A stretch of DNA of 63,709 nucleotides, from the NCBI RefSeq assembly GCF_002571385.2, contig NW_019218072.1, positions 324,290 through 387,998 of the forward strand. The letters are read 5' to 3'. Position 1 is the stretch's first letter; each line of letters starts with the position of its first letter. Origin of the DNA: Stylophora pistillata (Eukaryota). A program made the translations under genes and the position numbers. Under the pieces are notes generated by a model. That model searched no databases. It worked only from the letters and a program-made list of their open reading frames with translations, and was not told the DNA's origin. Below, piece by piece: positions 62,401-63,709 of this stretch.

Positions 62401-63274
62401 ATGGAGAAACGAATACTGATGATTCGTGCGGCAACTATTTTGCTCTTGTCGATGGCCGTAGAAAAATCAAGCGAGAATCTTCTTCCATCACTTCAGTTTA
62501 CACGCGACACGCTGATGGGCTTTTCAATGGGCTCAGAGCGAGAAGTAAAAATTCTCACACCGAAGAAAACCACGAAAGAAATTCCTAATCGTGACAACTC
62601 CAACGTTAAGAACACTGGTGTTAAGATTTTTACGAAAAAGTTCATGAAAGGTAAAGGAGGAAAAAAGGTATTCAAAGGAGCTTCTGGACCTAAACCTGGC
62701 ATATCTCCATCGGGTCATGGCACGGTTATACCAGCGACTCGAAAACCAGTGACGCAAACAGTGATCACATATCAGAGAAAACGAAAGACATACAGACCTC
62801 GCGCTACGCCATCAAACAAGTTTCTTGAAGCCATCAACGACATCGAACGCGCTGTTGCGAATGCTAGGGCTTCAGGAGTCCGCTACAACGGTGATACACT
62901 GCCGAAATTAAAGAGGCTTATCGTAAGGGCGATCAGGAGCAAAAGCTACAAGTATGCGCGCGAGGTTTTGGGACAGATCATGTATATTCTTAGCTCAAAA
63001 TCATCGCCACCAAGACGCGGAAAACGGGCTTCTGAAAACAGCGCAAACCAAAGTAAACAATTTATTCAGGGGCTCCGAACTCAGCTTGGAAGCTCGACGT
63101 TTGATAGCTTCATGGCTGTTCAGGGAGATGTGTCTCTTATGTTTGTCATTGATGACACCGGAAGTATGGGCGATGAAATTCAAGCTACAAAGAACATCGC
63201 AATTGATATCATCAATTATCCACGTCAAGCTCCTGTGGAGTACATTCTGTCACCATTCAATGACCCTCTCCCAG
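62401..63274 (+). CDS. First coding exon of a secreted VWA7/hemicentin-type von Willebrand A domain protein (continues beyond the window)
   Basis: Signal-like IRAATILLLSMA, SLMFVIDDTGSMGDEI (MIDAS motif), YILSPFNDP, and donor CAG|GTGAGT at 63274. Confidence 0.85.
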
Positions 63275-63327
63275 GTGAGTCACGTTCTATCCGGCACTGT
63301 TACGCAATATGTGTTTTATGTAAGTAA

Positions 63328-63709
63328 ACCGCCTCCCGGTTAGCTCAATAGATAGAGCGCTGGACTGTTGTGCGGGAGGTCGAGGGTTCGAGCCCCGGCC
63401 GGACCAACACTCAAGGTCTTAAAATAATTGAGAAGAATATGCTTCCTTTCTGTAACATCAAGAAATGGTTAGATATTCTAGTCTTCTCGGATAGGGACGA
63501 ATAAATGGAGGTCCCGTCTCCTGCAGGGTTGGGGTAGGAGACGTTAATTTCCCACACACGAGATTACTGTGTGATGGATGTCCTCCCCTGGGGTGGGATG
63601 GGTGGGAGGGTGGACTAGCACGAATGGTTCCTATGTTCCTTTCTAGTCCTTCCCCACTGCAAAACTTAATGCAGTGAAAATGGACTAAATTAAATTAAAT
63701 TAAATTAAA
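63328..63709 (+). mobile_element. tRNA-derived SINE in the vWA gene intron
   Basis: A box TAGCTCAATAGATAGAGC, B box GGTTCGAGCCC, non-tRNA body and a (TAAAT)n tail. Confidence 0.85.

Noticed and set aside
63328-63410. tRNA gene
   Set aside because: No proper acceptor stem, and it continues into a SINE body with a tandem-repeat tail.

Overview
AT-rich, intron-containing animal DNA, most likely from a stony coral (inferred from the repeat families and single-exon GPCR types, not from a database search). Recognisable genes are a 3-exon divergent Q50 homeobox gene with an eh1 motif (5.9-7.8 kb), two intronless class A GPCRs (8.9-9.9 kb and 60.4-61.3 kb), a TMEM121/CECR6-like membrane protein (16.4-17.5 kb) and the first exon of a secreted VWA7/hemicentin-type vWA protein (62.4-63.3 kb). 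There are also many LINE fragments, SINEs, MITEs and Penelope-type hammerhead-like repeats. The main result lies in the apparent gene desert at about 19.8-58.2 kb, which the ORF track does not resolve. Manual splicing there gives a cluster of small secreted prepropeptide genes. Each has a 37-39-codon signal-peptide exon and only phase-0 coding introns, and encodes a short two-cysteine loop preceded by multibasic cleavage sites: KRK-CRVSPGFMGC-RRK, RRR-CSPGHFGC-RR and RR-CLSGHVYLC-FPKKTS-GRRR. Three copies are essentially intact, two with a clear TATA box and non-coding first exon, and about four more are decayed. I do not recognise this family. It looks like a birth-and-death cluster of cyclic neuropeptide/hormone, antimicrobial or toxin precursors. 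All gene models are hand-built and need RNA-seq confirmation.
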